In this document: piece by piece, positions 9,483 to 20,191 of the stretch | Layout of the letters: every line of letters starts with the position of its first letter | Position numbering within the stretch: position 1 is the stretch's first letter | From: a virus | DNA length: 64,000 nucleotides | Direction: 5' to 3' (one strand) | Virus record (IMG/VR): IMGVR_UViG_3300007513_000984 | Location: 1 to 64,000 of that record | Made by a program: the position numbers and the translations under genes | Notes under the pieces: model-generated | The model's database searches: none | Seen by the model: only the letters and a program-made list of their open reading frames with translations | Told to the model about the DNA's origin: nothing

Positions 9483-10743
9483 TTGGTTGCTCCGACGGTG
9501 GGGCCGTTATACTTCTTTTTGTACTTTTTATTTCGTCATTTATGTTCTTGCCACAAAATGTACTACAAGTAAACAACTTGCCTTCTTTCGTTGTTGGCGT
9601 ATTCCATCTCTTAACGAATCCTTTTTGCATTATATCAGAATGAATTATATTTTTAATGTTATTGTCTTTACTTAATTTTATAGTATCTTCTCCATATGAG
9701 TGTACAAACTCTCTCAACTGATTAGACTCAAATCCATTATTTGCGTAATATTTGCTACCAGTGAAACAACAAGGAAGAACAAGACCAGTAGAATCAACGA
9801 ATATGCCCTGGTATTGATTATCTTTTAATTCGGGTCTAGACAAGTTATACCAAGATAACGAATCGCAAGAAATTTTACAGTCATCTAACTTTTTAATAGA
9901 TTTTTTATTTAGATTATTATAATAATACTCTGAGGGCTTATCTTGCTCAAAATACTTAAACACATCCTCTACATCTCCTTTTTTAGTAACAGATGGTTGT
10001 TCTGTATCTTTCTTAAGCAATGCTTCATTTTTCCATTCATCATCTGGAGAATATATTTTATAATCTAATTTACCATCGTGGTCTAGAACTTGTATTTCTT
10101 TTTGAAAACTATCAATAGCAACACTTTGAAATCCCATTGCCTTCTTTGCATAAAATTCTTCGATGCCAATCTCTTTTGCTAATTCTCTTGCTTCTGCTAT
10201 TTGATGTTGATTGTGTTCAAAAACTAAAAATTCCCAAACTGCTGATGAGTCTGGAACTGACTTGTAAGATAGCATCGCATTCATTACTTTACTCCAGTTC
10301 ACTCCTTTTCTATACAGATGATTAGTATCTTCTAATCCGTCTACACTAAATACCATTCTTCCATTTCTGCCTATAATTTTAGCCATGTCTTTCCAAAATT
10401 GACTATCTCTGCCACCTGCATTAGTGTTCATAGTAATTGAAATTGTTGGATTTAGTTCTCTTACATATTGTAAAATTGGAACTAACTCTGGATTTGTCAT
10501 AGGGTCACCATAATTACCACACAAAGTCAACTGGTCTAGTTGTCCAATAAAACTTCCATAGTGAATTCCATCGTCAAAATCAACAGAAAACCATTGTTTG
10601 AATTCATCTAATGTGATAAATCTTTCTATCATAATTGGATTTTTAGGTCCACCTCTAATACGCCTATTACAAACTGGACACTCTGCATTACATAAACTGC
10701 TTGGCTCTAAATGCATAGTTTTTATTTTATTATAATCATACAT
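9472..10743 (-). CDS. Radical SAM protein with C-terminal SPASM/Twitch domain (rSAM 1 of 7)
   Basis: CNAECPVC (CX3CX2C), GNYGDP; C-terminal C...VDSTGLVLPCC...CSTFCG. Confidence 0.9.
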   Translation of the reverse strand: MYDYNKIKTMHLEPSSLCNAECPVCNRRIRGGPKNPIMIERFITLDEFKQWFSVDFDDGIHYGSFIGQLDQLTLCGNYGDPMTNPELVPILQYVRELNPTISITMNTNAGGRDSQFWKDMAKIIGRNGRMVFSVDGLEDTNHLYRKGVNWSKVMNAMLSYKSVPDSSAVWEFLVFEHNQHQIAEARELAKEIGIEEFYAKKAMGFQSVAIDSFQKEIQVLDHDGKLDYKIYSPDDEWKNEALLKKDTEQPSVTKKGDVEDVFKYFEQDKPSEYYYNNLNKKSIKKLDDCKISCDSLSWYNLSRPELKDNQYQGIFVDSTGLVLPCCFTGSKYYANNGFESNQLREFVHSYGEDTIKLSKDNNIKNIIHSDIMQKGFVKRWNTPTTKEGKLFTCSTFCGKNINDEIKSTKRSITAPPSEQPSVS

Positions 10744-11935
10744 GAGTTATCTTGCCTTTAAATTCTGGTAGAAAATCTTCAATATCTTGTTTTCTTATCT
10801 CGTCTAAGTTACGTGTATATTCTTTTGCTTGTTCCCACTTTTTTGGCATATCTGGACCACTGAACATTTTCTTTAGTTCATTTAATTTCCATTTGTCAAA
10901 TACGTTATCAAATTTTTTATGAATGTCATCTCGCATCTCCTTTGGCAATACAGCAGGAGATAAAACATCTGGGTCATATACATAGTTGTGATGAACCCAA
11001 ATTCCATGCTTATTATAGAACTCATTATAAAAATCACCTAGTGTACTATAGTTCATCCATGATACAGTTTGTGTTACATCTATTTCAAAGTTCTCTTTTT
11101 TTAGACGAAGAAAGTTTTTCTCAACATCGTTCCATTTTGTGGGATAGCGGATGTAGTGGTTTCTATCTCCCAAATCATCAATGCTACAACTTATTTTTAC
11201 ATGGTCAAACTTGCGCCACAAGTCTATAACTTTTTCATTCATTAGTGTCATATTAATATTATACCACAACTTGATATCAGTTTTGCCTAACTCAACAAGT
11301 CGTTCTAAGAATGCAAAGTGTTCTTTGATTAACATCGGTTCGCCACCATTAATGTAAAAAGTTTTAACGTTATCACAATGTTGTAACAAGTCTTCCCAGA
11401 ATCCCTCTCGTTCTGGCCATCTGAATCCTTCTAGTGTGTTGTAATCTGTTAATTGAAATGTAGTTGCATTCTGTAACTTATCATAATCATTTCTCCACTT
11501 ACTACTAGAAGCAGGATTACAAGTACGACATGCAACATTACAAGTATTGCCTAGGCGTAGTTCTACAAATTCTAATTGTACATCTTTCATATAGCCTGTG
11601 CTATCTGTGACTTCTCTCGCAACGTCTACAGTATATTCTGGATAGTTTTTAATTTCTTCTATACGTTTTGAGTTCATACCCTTGGCTTCTTCTGCAAAGC
11701 AACGCAAACATGCTTTTGGTTTTTTGCCATCTAATACTTCTAGTCTTGCTTTCTTATAACTCTCACTGTTCATTGTGTCATGTACAGTGTCACGATTTAG
11801 ATTATAAAATCTATCACCGTCACGTGAACTACTCAATGCATTACGATGGTCAGCAACACAACAATGCGTGACGCCGCCATGTGGATGCGTAGCAAGATGT
11901 TGAAACAATAGTGGGCAAAAAGTATTACTCATCAA
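10736..11935 (-). CDS. N-terminal Twitch-domain radical SAM protein (rSAM 2)
   Basis: FCPLLF...GGVTHCC...CLRC, then CNVACRTC and NGGEP. Confidence 0.9.
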   Translation of the reverse strand: MMSNTFCPLLFQHLATHPHGGVTHCCVADHRNALSSSRDGDRFYNLNRDTVHDTMNSESYKKARLEVLDGKKPKACLRCFAEEAKGMNSKRIEEIKNYPEYTVDVAREVTDSTGYMKDVQLEFVELRLGNTCNVACRTCNPASSSKWRNDYDKLQNATTFQLTDYNTLEGFRWPEREGFWEDLLQHCDNVKTFYINGGEPMLIKEHFAFLERLVELGKTDIKLWYNINMTLMNEKVIDLWRKFDHVKISCSIDDLGDRNHYIRYPTKWNDVEKNFLRLKKENFEIDVTQTVSWMNYSTLGDFYNEFYNKHGIWVHHNYVYDPDVLSPAVLPKEMRDDIHKKFDNVFDKWKLNELKKMFSGPDMPKKWEQAKEYTRNLDEIRKQDIEDFLPEFKGKITHV

Positions 11936-12887
11936 TCAACTCCATATTAGTTATTGCATTGCATTTGTCCAGTTCATTCTGAACTCTTTCTTCTGTTGTG
12001 CCATTCATATCTATTTTACCCAATACAATTCTACCAAGATTGAACATAGGCAAATCTGTATCATAATATTCTTTAAGATTGTTGTCGTCAATCCATTTTC
12101 TATATCCCTGCTCATATTCAACCATTTCTTGTCTAGTTCTCCAATCATTGAACACCATTAAAAAACAAGTATGTATTGTATTTTGTTGTGATAATCCTTT
12201 TGTTTTAACTAGTTCAAAATCATTTGTATTATAACAATGATTTAAATCTTTCCCCACACGAAAGAAATCTAATACCAACGAACCCCATGGTTCGTGAATG
12301 TCGAAATTTCCATAGTCTTCATCAGTCAGTGGTAGTGTAGGAGTAGGCATCATTTTTGGATATTCACTTACACGCATTGAACAATAGAAATCTTTAAAAT
12401 CTATATATCCTCGTTCTGTCGAATGTACAATTTGATTAATGTCTTCCAGTAATTTGTAAACTCCAGGCTCATATTTTTGACCACTTTCTATGATTTTATT
12501 TGACTCATCTTCGAAATATAGATGAAGTGCATTTGTTTTGTCTGACTCTAAATCTAATGATGTAGGGTCTAACATCAATGATGTGTCAATGTTTTTTAAT
12601 GAATCTACATTGTTGTTTATTTCTGTAATAATATTATTCATTTCATGTTTCAATCTGATAAACATATCTACAGTATTCTGCTTATAGATATTGAAATTAC
12701 ATCTAAACCGTTCGTTTACACTTATGTTGTCTTTATATAAACTAATAAATTTATCAGTAGTACTGCAACCCTCGGTCATATTATACGTAATAGTGTACTC
12801 TTTATTTGATGACATTGGCAAAACAAGTTCGTCTGCAATGGCGCATCTGTTAGTTTCTCCTTGTGATAATGTTATTCGCATTTTCAT
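11925..12887 (-). CDS. Hypothetical protein inside the rSAM operon
   Basis: Long ORF. Start taken at the ATGA overlap with the upstream stop (12884-12887). No motif recognised. Confidence 0.75.
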   Translation of the reverse strand: MKMRITLSQGETNRCAIADELVLPMSSNKEYTITYNMTEGCSTTDKFISLYKDNISVNERFRCNFNIYKQNTVDMFIRLKHEMNNIITEINNNVDSLKNIDTSLMLDPTSLDLESDKTNALHLYFEDESNKIIESGQKYEPGVYKLLEDINQIVHSTERGYIDFKDFYCSMRVSEYPKMMPTPTLPLTDEDYGNFDIHEPWGSLVLDFFRVGKDLNHCYNTNDFELVKTKGLSQQNTIHTCFLMVFNDWRTRQEMVEYEQGYRKWIDDNNLKEYYDTDLPMFNLGRIVLGKIDMNGTTEERVQNELDKCNAITNMELIDE

Positions 12888-14065
12888 AGTAGTGCCTCTT
12901 CTAATTCTGGCCACAATTTTGTCCAATCTGAATCTCGAATAGTATCAAGATTGTACATATAGTCAGTCATAAGTTCAAAGTCTTTTGATTTGTCAATTTC
13001 ATTCATGTGCCCCAAAGTCGAAGTAATCAGACTTTCACATAATGATTTATACTTCGTGTTTTCTAAAAAACTTTCTAATTTTCTAGTATATATTTTCTTT
13101 ATATTTTTAGGCAATAGATGTGGATTTAGATTGTATGGCCATATCGATAGATTAAAAGAAAAATTATCTTCGTCTGTAAATTTTAACTCATCAATAAAAT
13201 ATGTTAATAGTTCAGGTAAATATCCTATGCTTAATGCTGTAACTGTAATCTGTGGAGATAAACTAACATTAGGTATATCAAATCGAACTGTATGCAAATG
13301 TTCAGATATCTTTTCCCAGTCTGTTCCGTATCGATGATACTCTGCTTGTTTACCTATCATATCTATACTAGCGGCCACTTCAACTGATTTAAAATGTGAC
13401 CAACGTTCAGCAAGGTCAATCGATTTATATTTCAATGTACTTAGGTTTGTATTGTATCGTAGTCTAATGTCTTCTGATATGTTCATTGATATCATTTGGT
13501 CAACTAACTTATAATGATATGGTGTTATCAATGGTTCACCACCTGCAAAATATACTTCTTCAATATCATCACTAATTATACTATTAATAATTTCATCTTC
13601 TGTTTTCTTTGTTATATTGACAAATTTTGTTGGAGTGCTAGTTTTATCAAACAACTCCTTTTCAATATCATACCAGTTACTACTATAAGTAGAGCCACAC
13701 ATAATACATGCCATATTACATAAATTACTACTTCGAATATCTAAATATTTAATTATCATTTTAGGAGTAACATCTTCTGACATTAAATGACCATACTTTG
13801 AATTTAAACCAGTTCGTAGACTTTGTCCTGTGTGTTTTTCTTGTAGATAACAAAACTTGCATCCTGGTTGCTTTTTGCCTTCAAGTAATTCTTTTCGAAA
13901 CTTAATAGTTTCTGAACTATTCCAAATATCTTTAATAGGCGTTGTGTTTGAGTCACCGTACACTATCTCTTGGGTACAACATGGTCGTACTAATCCACCA
14001 GTATCAATATACAAATGAGACCATGGTGCGGCGCAGATTACATCTTTGTTCTTTTCATTAATCAC
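12884..14065 (-). CDS. N-terminal Twitch-domain radical SAM protein (rSAM 3)
   Basis: ICAAPW...GLVRPCC...GCKFC, then CNMACIMC and AGGEP. Confidence 0.9.
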   Translation of the reverse strand: MINEKNKDVICAAPWSHLYIDTGGLVRPCCTQEIVYGDSNTTPIKDIWNSSETIKFRKELLEGKKQPGCKFCYLQEKHTGQSLRTGLNSKYGHLMSEDVTPKMIIKYLDIRSSNLCNMACIMCGSTYSSNWYDIEKELFDKTSTPTKFVNITKKTEDEIINSIISDDIEEVYFAGGEPLITPYHYKLVDQMISMNISEDIRLRYNTNLSTLKYKSIDLAERWSHFKSVEVAASIDMIGKQAEYHRYGTDWEKISEHLHTVRFDIPNVSLSPQITVTALSIGYLPELLTYFIDELKFTDEDNFSFNLSIWPYNLNPHLLPKNIKKIYTRKLESFLENTKYKSLCESLITSTLGHMNEIDKSKDFELMTDYMYNLDTIRDSDWTKLWPELEEALL

Positions 14066-14609
14066 TGTACAACTCCGAACTGTGAATGTATGATAATCCA
14101 GATGCTAATACGTTGTGATAAGTATCATGTATAATATCATATTCTGTATACTTGATACTTAGAGTATTTAATACACAGTCAATAATAACATGACAATTAA
14201 AATTATCTTTCATATTATCTATTCCCAACGGACGACTTCTAACACATCCAGGAAAACTGGTACCAGCAAAATATAAATCTGTAACGTTATGCGAATTTAA
14301 AAACTTTACCACTTCATCTTTATCCCAAGAGACAATGTAATTTGGATTCATAATCTTCTTACGTGGGTCTTCAGTATCAGTATAGTCACGCAATCCATCT
14401 AGTATAGTCTGGTTAGTAGTACTCCATGGATTTGTAGAGTCGGGGGTTGGGTTTGGTGTATTATATGAAGCCACTACTATAGGTATTTTGTCTATTTTAT
14501 ACATCCTACTTTTCAATCTTAACGACATCTGTTCTAATAAACTAGTGAAACGGTCATTTCCTGAATGATACTTATCCCACATATCTATAATTATTAATGC
14601 TTTACTCAT
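14058..14609 (-). CDS. Isochorismatase/cysteine-hydrolase family protein
   Basis: KALIIIDMW (catalytic Asp) and YFAGTSFPGCV (nucleophile Cys region). Confidence 0.6.
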   Translation of the reverse strand: MSKALIIIDMWDKYHSGNDRFTSLLEQMSLRLKSRMYKIDKIPIVVASYNTPNPTPDSTNPWSTTNQTILDGLRDYTDTEDPRKKIMNPNYIVSWDKDEVVKFLNSHNVTDLYFAGTSFPGCVRSRPLGIDNMKDNFNCHVIIDCVLNTLSIKYTEYDIIHDTYHNVLASGLSYIHSSELYSD

Positions 14610-15993
14610 TGCTTATCCACCATTCATATAGTTCATCATCTGCTTTGTATATGTCAGCGATTGTAATTTTTTCATCTCGAATTTCATCTAGTCTATCTTG
14701 GAATTCTTTGCCATTCTTCTTACCTTGAACAAATTGTTCTGGATATTGTTCTTCAAATGATGGTCGTTTCTTCATTTCGTGTAACGTATTTATTAGTGTA
14801 GATTGTTTGTGTGTTGCACGAGGTTCAATGTACTCAAGCAACTCATCAATCTTTCTAATAAGAATGTGTTTCGGCCAAGCGAATGGTGAGAACACAATGT
14901 CTGGATGAAATGCAAACATAATCTTTGTTTCTATTCTTACATCTAACTCTAAACTCAAATCAAATAAGTCTTTAATACTGAACATACCTGGACCAGTAAT
15001 CGTCAAGTCAAACAACATCTTGTCTTTGCCACCTGGTGCGGCAAGACCTTCTTTGAAGTTTTCTAACCATTGTTCCCATACAATTCCTTTTCGAATGAAC
15101 TCAACAATCTCGCCAGTTCCATCTATACTCGCACACATTAACCAATCTTTAAATTGTGGTAAGTAGTCAAATAGTTTTTTACCTTTTAATTCTGTTCGTG
15201 ATAGATTAGAATTATATCTTAGATAACAGTCCTTTGCAGAGCCATTCTTAATCATTTCTTCTAATGCCCACCAATGTATATCATACATTAATGGTTCACC
15301 CCCAACCCAATATATTTCTTCAACTATACCTTTTGATATTGCTTCTCTGAATTCTGGTTCAACAACTTCAGTTTGAAACGTAGTCATTTTTTTCTTAACA
15401 TCTTTCTGCATGAATGGTTGTTGTTCTACAGTCCACATGTTATTCAATTTCTTCTCTGCTTCCCAAGATGATGATAACTGTTCACCACACATACGACATT
15501 TGAAGTTACATAAGTTAGAATATCTGTAATCAAAAGATATAACTGGCATTGTTGTGTGTCCGTCATCATCTGTGTTGTCGAATGCTTCTTGTATCTTATC
15601 TCTGAATAGTACTCCAGTAAACCATTTACGATATGAAGATACACTTAGAATGTCATCATTACATACATCACATTGTGATATACGTTCTCCTGCCATTAGT
15701 TTCTTGCGAATATCTTTCATGTACGGTGAGTTCCAATGTTCTTCTAAACTGACTGGATTAAAATCATCAGCCAATGTTTTAGATTCTTTTCTTTCTCCAT
15801 ACTTTGAATCGTTAGTCGCATCAATGTACTGTTTTTGGAATGAGTGTTCTTCTCTACTTGCACAACACATTCTTCTTTCACCTTGTGGAGATATATAAGT
15901 GTGTGACCACGGTGCCATACAGAAAGTTTTGTTCTCACTTTCTTCAGCACAACTGCCATCTTTATTCCAAATTGGTACAATCTTTTTAGTCAT
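14602..15993 (-). CDS. N-terminal Twitch-domain radical SAM protein (rSAM 4)
   Basis: FCMAPW...GERRMCC...QCDVC, then CNFKCRMC and VGGEP. Confidence 0.9.
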   Translation of the reverse strand: MTKKIVPIWNKDGSCAEESENKTFCMAPWSHTYISPQGERRMCCASREEHSFQKQYIDATNDSKYGERKESKTLADDFNPVSLEEHWNSPYMKDIRKKLMAGERISQCDVCNDDILSVSSYRKWFTGVLFRDKIQEAFDNTDDDGHTTMPVISFDYRYSNLCNFKCRMCGEQLSSSWEAEKKLNNMWTVEQQPFMQKDVKKKMTTFQTEVVEPEFREAISKGIVEEIYWVGGEPLMYDIHWWALEEMIKNGSAKDCYLRYNSNLSRTELKGKKLFDYLPQFKDWLMCASIDGTGEIVEFIRKGIVWEQWLENFKEGLAAPGGKDKMLFDLTITGPGMFSIKDLFDLSLELDVRIETKIMFAFHPDIVFSPFAWPKHILIRKIDELLEYIEPRATHKQSTLINTLHEMKKRPSFEEQYPEQFVQGKKNGKEFQDRLDEIRDEKITIADIYKADDELYEWWISNE

Positions 15994-17203
15994 TTAATCC
16001 AATTCCTAAATTAGGATACTCCTTTAAAACTGTGGGTATTGAAAACTTATAATTCCACACATGGTGTCTATTACTTAAAATCTTCTTCTCAATTGATATT
16101 ATCTTCTCAGTCAACTCTTTAATGGAAATTTCACTTATTCTTTTTATTTCTTTACAGTATTCTTTGAATCTTATTTTGGGATTTTCTATTTTGTCAAATG
16201 AGTAATCAAAAATTTCATCATACAATTCAAATCCAAATGTTTTCAAATCAGAATAATATCCTGAATAATTATATTGAAATCCTACTTTTCCAAATAAGTA
16301 AGATTTCCAAGTTTTCTCAGTAATGAATTTAGTACTATAAACTGACTCAGAGTTTGTTTCAATTCCTATATCAATTAAACTATCAGACAAATAATGAAAA
16401 CTAGGAACAGATTCATAATTTCCATTAGTTCTTAAGTCTTCTGGTTCGTAATCTAATATCAATCGTTTAGTGTAATCAAATTGAGCATTTTCGTCATCTG
16501 GCTTTTCATCTAAAACTAAATTATCATTATATCCCACATTCAACCAACTTAGATGACATTTATCAATTACTTTGTCGTTATGCAAATAATTTACTAAATC
16601 AATTCGCTTCACAATTGGATTAGCATTCATACATATAAAGTGTTTTGATGGCGAAGACTTATAATCTGTTATGACATCCTCTTCTTTAAAACTCTTAAGT
16701 TTTGTTTTTGTTCTGTCTAGAATGCTAAAAGGATATGAATAATAATTATCAAATTGGTCTACGTTGCGAAAGGAAGCAGTTTTGCGAGGATTGATATCAG
16801 CATTTACTAAACTAACGGTTGTATTAACAGTCAGTTCTTTACATCTATACATTAATTGCTCTATATATCCTAAGTTTGATTGATTCAAATGTGAACCAAT
16901 TCCTGTATTTGTTTCATATAGGTCTAGTATATAAAGTTCTTTAGGTTCAGGCAAAGAAGACTTATTCAATTCAATTAAGTATTCTTCTGCTAGTTTTATC
17001 ATAAGACGAGTTTTCCACCAATTACAACTAACTATCAAAATGTTCTTATGAGGTCTTATATCTATCATTATTCCGGGGTTCTCATTCATCACTGTTGTGT
17101 ATTCATTGTCAGTTGATATAAGTAAAATATCATTCTGGCGATTTCTCTCATCGATTTCTTTCATCTCGAGGACTCGGTTAATTATATCTTTATAATCAAT
17201 CAT
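15986..17203 (-). CDS. Putative glycosyltransferase (GT10-like 'TEK' domain), paralog of the 7617-9482 N-terminal domain
   Basis: FICMN...R...IDIGIET...FITEKTWK...GFELYDEIFDYSFD. Start at the TAATG overlap at 17203. Confidence 0.45.
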   Translation of the reverse strand: MIDYKDIINRVLEMKEIDERNRQNDILLISTDNEYTTVMNENPGIMIDIRPHKNILIVSCNWWKTRLMIKLAEEYLIELNKSSLPEPKELYILDLYETNTGIGSHLNQSNLGYIEQLMYRCKELTVNTTVSLVNADINPRKTASFRNVDQFDNYYSYPFSILDRTKTKLKSFKEEDVITDYKSSPSKHFICMNANPIVKRIDLVNYLHNDKVIDKCHLSWLNVGYNDNLVLDEKPDDENAQFDYTKRLILDYEPEDLRTNGNYESVPSFHYLSDSLIDIGIETNSESVYSTKFITEKTWKSYLFGKVGFQYNYSGYYSDLKTFGFELYDEIFDYSFDKIENPKIRFKEYCKEIKRISEISIKELTEKIISIEKKILSNRHHVWNYKFSIPTVLKEYPNLGIGLND

Positions 17204-18738
17204 TACTTTCCTAACGCATCGGTGTCTGTATTCCATCCACCAACTGCTTCATGTTCATCGTCTCCGCCATCATATGCTTTGGTTGTTGCAGGGTCGACAA
17301 TGCCGCCAGTAGATTCAAGAACAAATCGTTTTTGTCTAATATCATCTTCACTAGGAACATCTGCTTCTAGTGATTTAAACCATTCTGCTAATGGACCAGG
17401 AAATGTAGACACAAAATCTTTCTCTCTACGTATATCATATTGTGAAAAGAACGACTTGAAATCATTGTATAACTTTGGAATTTCAGCAGTATTCTTATGT
17501 GGAGTCTTTACAATATCTAAGTAGTCAACTAATCTGCGAACACTTTCTTTCTCGCCTTCAGTAAACATTTCTTGTGGACGTTCATTTTTATACCATTCTT
17601 CTAATTTATTTTTATAATGAGTTTTAATTTCTTCTGGTAATATCGCCGCACTTTGAAATGATGGAAAACGCAAAATGTTTAACGTCATTGTAGGCGCACG
17701 TTGTCCATATTCTTCTCGCATATCTAACATTTCGTCCATAAACTCTGTAATAGAATTTAAACATAGAGAGTTAATAGTCATCATCATATGTAATTTTCTT
17801 ACATTTGATTCTTTTAATACTCGATGAATGTTACTCTTCCATTCTTTATATTTTAATCCATCTCGAATATATTCTGCTTGTTGTCCAATTGATTCCATAC
17901 TTGTGTATACTTCAAAGTTAGGAATATACCAAGAGTTTTCAATAAGTTTATTAAGAACTTTAGGAGTTTCAGGACACATATTTGAGTTAATAGCAAAACG
18001 CATATTGCGTCCTCTATCAGGATTCTCTCTAAACCAATCAAACAGTTTCCAAGTTCCCTTATGCATTATAGGTTCACCACCAGTAATTCGTATCTCTTCT
18101 AAACAGTCTGCTAAGTCACTATCCCACCATTTATGAAATGCTTGAATGTATGGATTATCTTCTTGATGTTTAGTTGCTGGTTCAGCCCATGGGGCATTGT
18201 CTATAAAATGTCCTCGCCCATCAGACTGTATATTTTGATATCCACCAAAATCATTAATGTCTTTAACCCATGCTGTACTAAACGCAGGATTACAATAAGA
18301 ACATTTAAAGTTACATGCTCTATCGAATGATATTTCTAATGTACGCAAATTGACATTCTTGTCCCAAGGCATATCAACTGTCTTCGCAATATCTTCATCT
18401 TTATAGATTTCAGTCTTAAATACACGGTCAGATATATGCTGTTTACCCATGTCTTCAACTTTCCAACAGTACTCACACTCAGCAGGTCTTTCACCTTCTT
18501 GCATAAGTTTACGCATTTTCTTTTTATGAATTGTATTATGAATCGCTGACGGATTATCTTTCAGTTCTTCAAGTGGAATCCAATGTCCAGGCGGATGATG
18601 ACAACTTGCAGTTTGTCCATGTCCCAGCCAAATAGTTGCATTGTACCATTTTGCGGCACAATACGATTTACTAATCGGGTCAATGATTCGTTCTTTATAT
18701 TGATGGAGAGTTTCGTCTTCTATATATCTTCTAGCCAT
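17203..18738 (-). CDS. N-terminal Twitch-like radical SAM protein (rSAM 5)
   Basis: YCAAKW...SCHHP...CEYCW, then CNFKCSYC and TGGEP. Confidence 0.9.
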   Translation of the reverse strand: MARRYIEDETLHQYKERIIDPISKSYCAAKWYNATIWLGHGQTASCHHPPGHWIPLEELKDNPSAIHNTIHKKKMRKLMQEGERPAECEYCWKVEDMGKQHISDRVFKTEIYKDEDIAKTVDMPWDKNVNLRTLEISFDRACNFKCSYCNPAFSTAWVKDINDFGGYQNIQSDGRGHFIDNAPWAEPATKHQEDNPYIQAFHKWWDSDLADCLEEIRITGGEPIMHKGTWKLFDWFRENPDRGRNMRFAINSNMCPETPKVLNKLIENSWYIPNFEVYTSMESIGQQAEYIRDGLKYKEWKSNIHRVLKESNVRKLHMMMTINSLCLNSITEFMDEMLDMREEYGQRAPTMTLNILRFPSFQSAAILPEEIKTHYKNKLEEWYKNERPQEMFTEGEKESVRRLVDYLDIVKTPHKNTAEIPKLYNDFKSFFSQYDIRREKDFVSTFPGPLAEWFKSLEADVPSEDDIRQKRFVLESTGGIVDPATTKAYDGGDDEHEAVGGWNTDTDALGK

Positions 18739-20191
18739 TTGTTTTCTCTATTTTAAATACTTTATCTGAAGCAGGGTCACCTTTTCTTTCCATTACTTCT
18801 GATTCTTCTACGGTTAAAGTGTCATACCAATCTACAATAATAGGGTCAAATGTCGCCCTAAAATCTTTACCACGTCTTGCATCATATTGTGTGTAAAACG
18901 ATTTGAAATCATTATGTCTCTTTTTTAGAACTTCTTCTGATGGTGGAGTTCGTATTGCTTTATCCATAAACTCAATAACACGAGTTACATGTACGTCTTC
19001 AATAGGACGTAAGTCTCCTTTTCTTCGGTTATACCATGCTTTTAATTTATCATTATAATGTTCTATAATGTAAGTTGGCAAGGTAGGAATACTCTGAAAT
19101 TCAGGATATAATACCAAGTTCAATGATAACATAGGTGAACGTTCTACTCCATATATATCACGCAGTGCTAACAGGTCATCCATGAAATCTGTTACTGTGC
19201 CTAAACATAGTGAGTTGATAGTCATCATTGCATAAAACTTTCGTACCTTAGGTTCATCTAATAATCTCTTAACATTATTTAACCAAACTTCATAATTCAT
19301 TCCATCACGAATATAATTTGATTGTTCTCCAGTTGATTCACAACTTGCGAACATCTCAAAGCCAGGCACATATTGTATTACCTCTAATAATTTGTCAAAC
19401 GTCTTTTCTTTTTCTGGAACAAGATTTGAGTTAATAGCAAATCTCATACTCTTTCCACGTTCTGGATTATTTTTAAACCAATCAAACAATCTCCATACAC
19501 TAGGATGCATAATAGGTTCACCACCAGTTACTCTAATACCTTCAAGTGTATCTGCTAGTCCACCTTCTTCTTCCCACCATTCCCAAAATGCTTGAATGTA
19601 TGGATTATCTTCATCTCTTTTTGTTACACTGGCAGCCCAATCAGCAGTGTCAATGAAGTGTCCTCTGCCATCTGATTGTATATTCTTATATGGTCCGTTG
19701 TCTTTAATATCTTTAACCCACGTAGTACTAAATGCAGGATTACAGTATGAACATGCAAAGTTACAGGCTCTATCAAACGATACCTCAAGTGTTCGTAAGA
19801 ATGTATTGTCATCCCATTTTGCTAAAGGTATGGCATCTAAATCTGTTTCTTCAAACATTAACGTTTTGAATACTCGTTCAGATATTCTATCTGGTCCCTC
19901 GTCTTCTACATTCCAACATTGAAAACATTCGGATGGTCTATCTCCTTCAAGCATCATCTTACGCATCTTCTTCTTATGAATTGTATTATGAATTGCTGAG
20001 GGATTACCTATTAATTCTTCTAATGGAATATCATGCATTGGTGGCTGATGACAACTAGTAGTCTGTCCATGTCCTAGCCAGATAGTTGCGTTATGCCATT
20101 TCGCACCACAAAATGAGTCACTCTTAGTGTCGATAACTCTTGCCTTATATTCGTGGAATGACTCAGAGTCACTCTTTTTCATGTGTGACAT
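18731..20191 (-). CDS. N-terminal Twitch-like radical SAM protein (rSAM 6), close paralog of rSAM 5
   Basis: FCGAKW...SCHQP...CFQCW, then CNFACSYC and TGGEP. A GAGGA SD precedes the ATG at 20191. Confidence 0.9.
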   Translation of the reverse strand: MSHMKKSDSESFHEYKARVIDTKSDSFCGAKWHNATIWLGHGQTTSCHQPPMHDIPLEELIGNPSAIHNTIHKKKMRKMMLEGDRPSECFQCWNVEDEGPDRISERVFKTLMFEETDLDAIPLAKWDDNTFLRTLEVSFDRACNFACSYCNPAFSTTWVKDIKDNGPYKNIQSDGRGHFIDTADWAASVTKRDEDNPYIQAFWEWWEEEGGLADTLEGIRVTGGEPIMHPSVWRLFDWFKNNPERGKSMRFAINSNLVPEKEKTFDKLLEVIQYVPGFEMFASCESTGEQSNYIRDGMNYEVWLNNVKRLLDEPKVRKFYAMMTINSLCLGTVTDFMDDLLALRDIYGVERSPMLSLNLVLYPEFQSIPTLPTYIIEHYNDKLKAWYNRRKGDLRPIEDVHVTRVIEFMDKAIRTPPSEEVLKKRHNDFKSFYTQYDARRGKDFRATFDPIIVDWYDTLTVEESEVMERKGDPASDKVFKIEKTNG

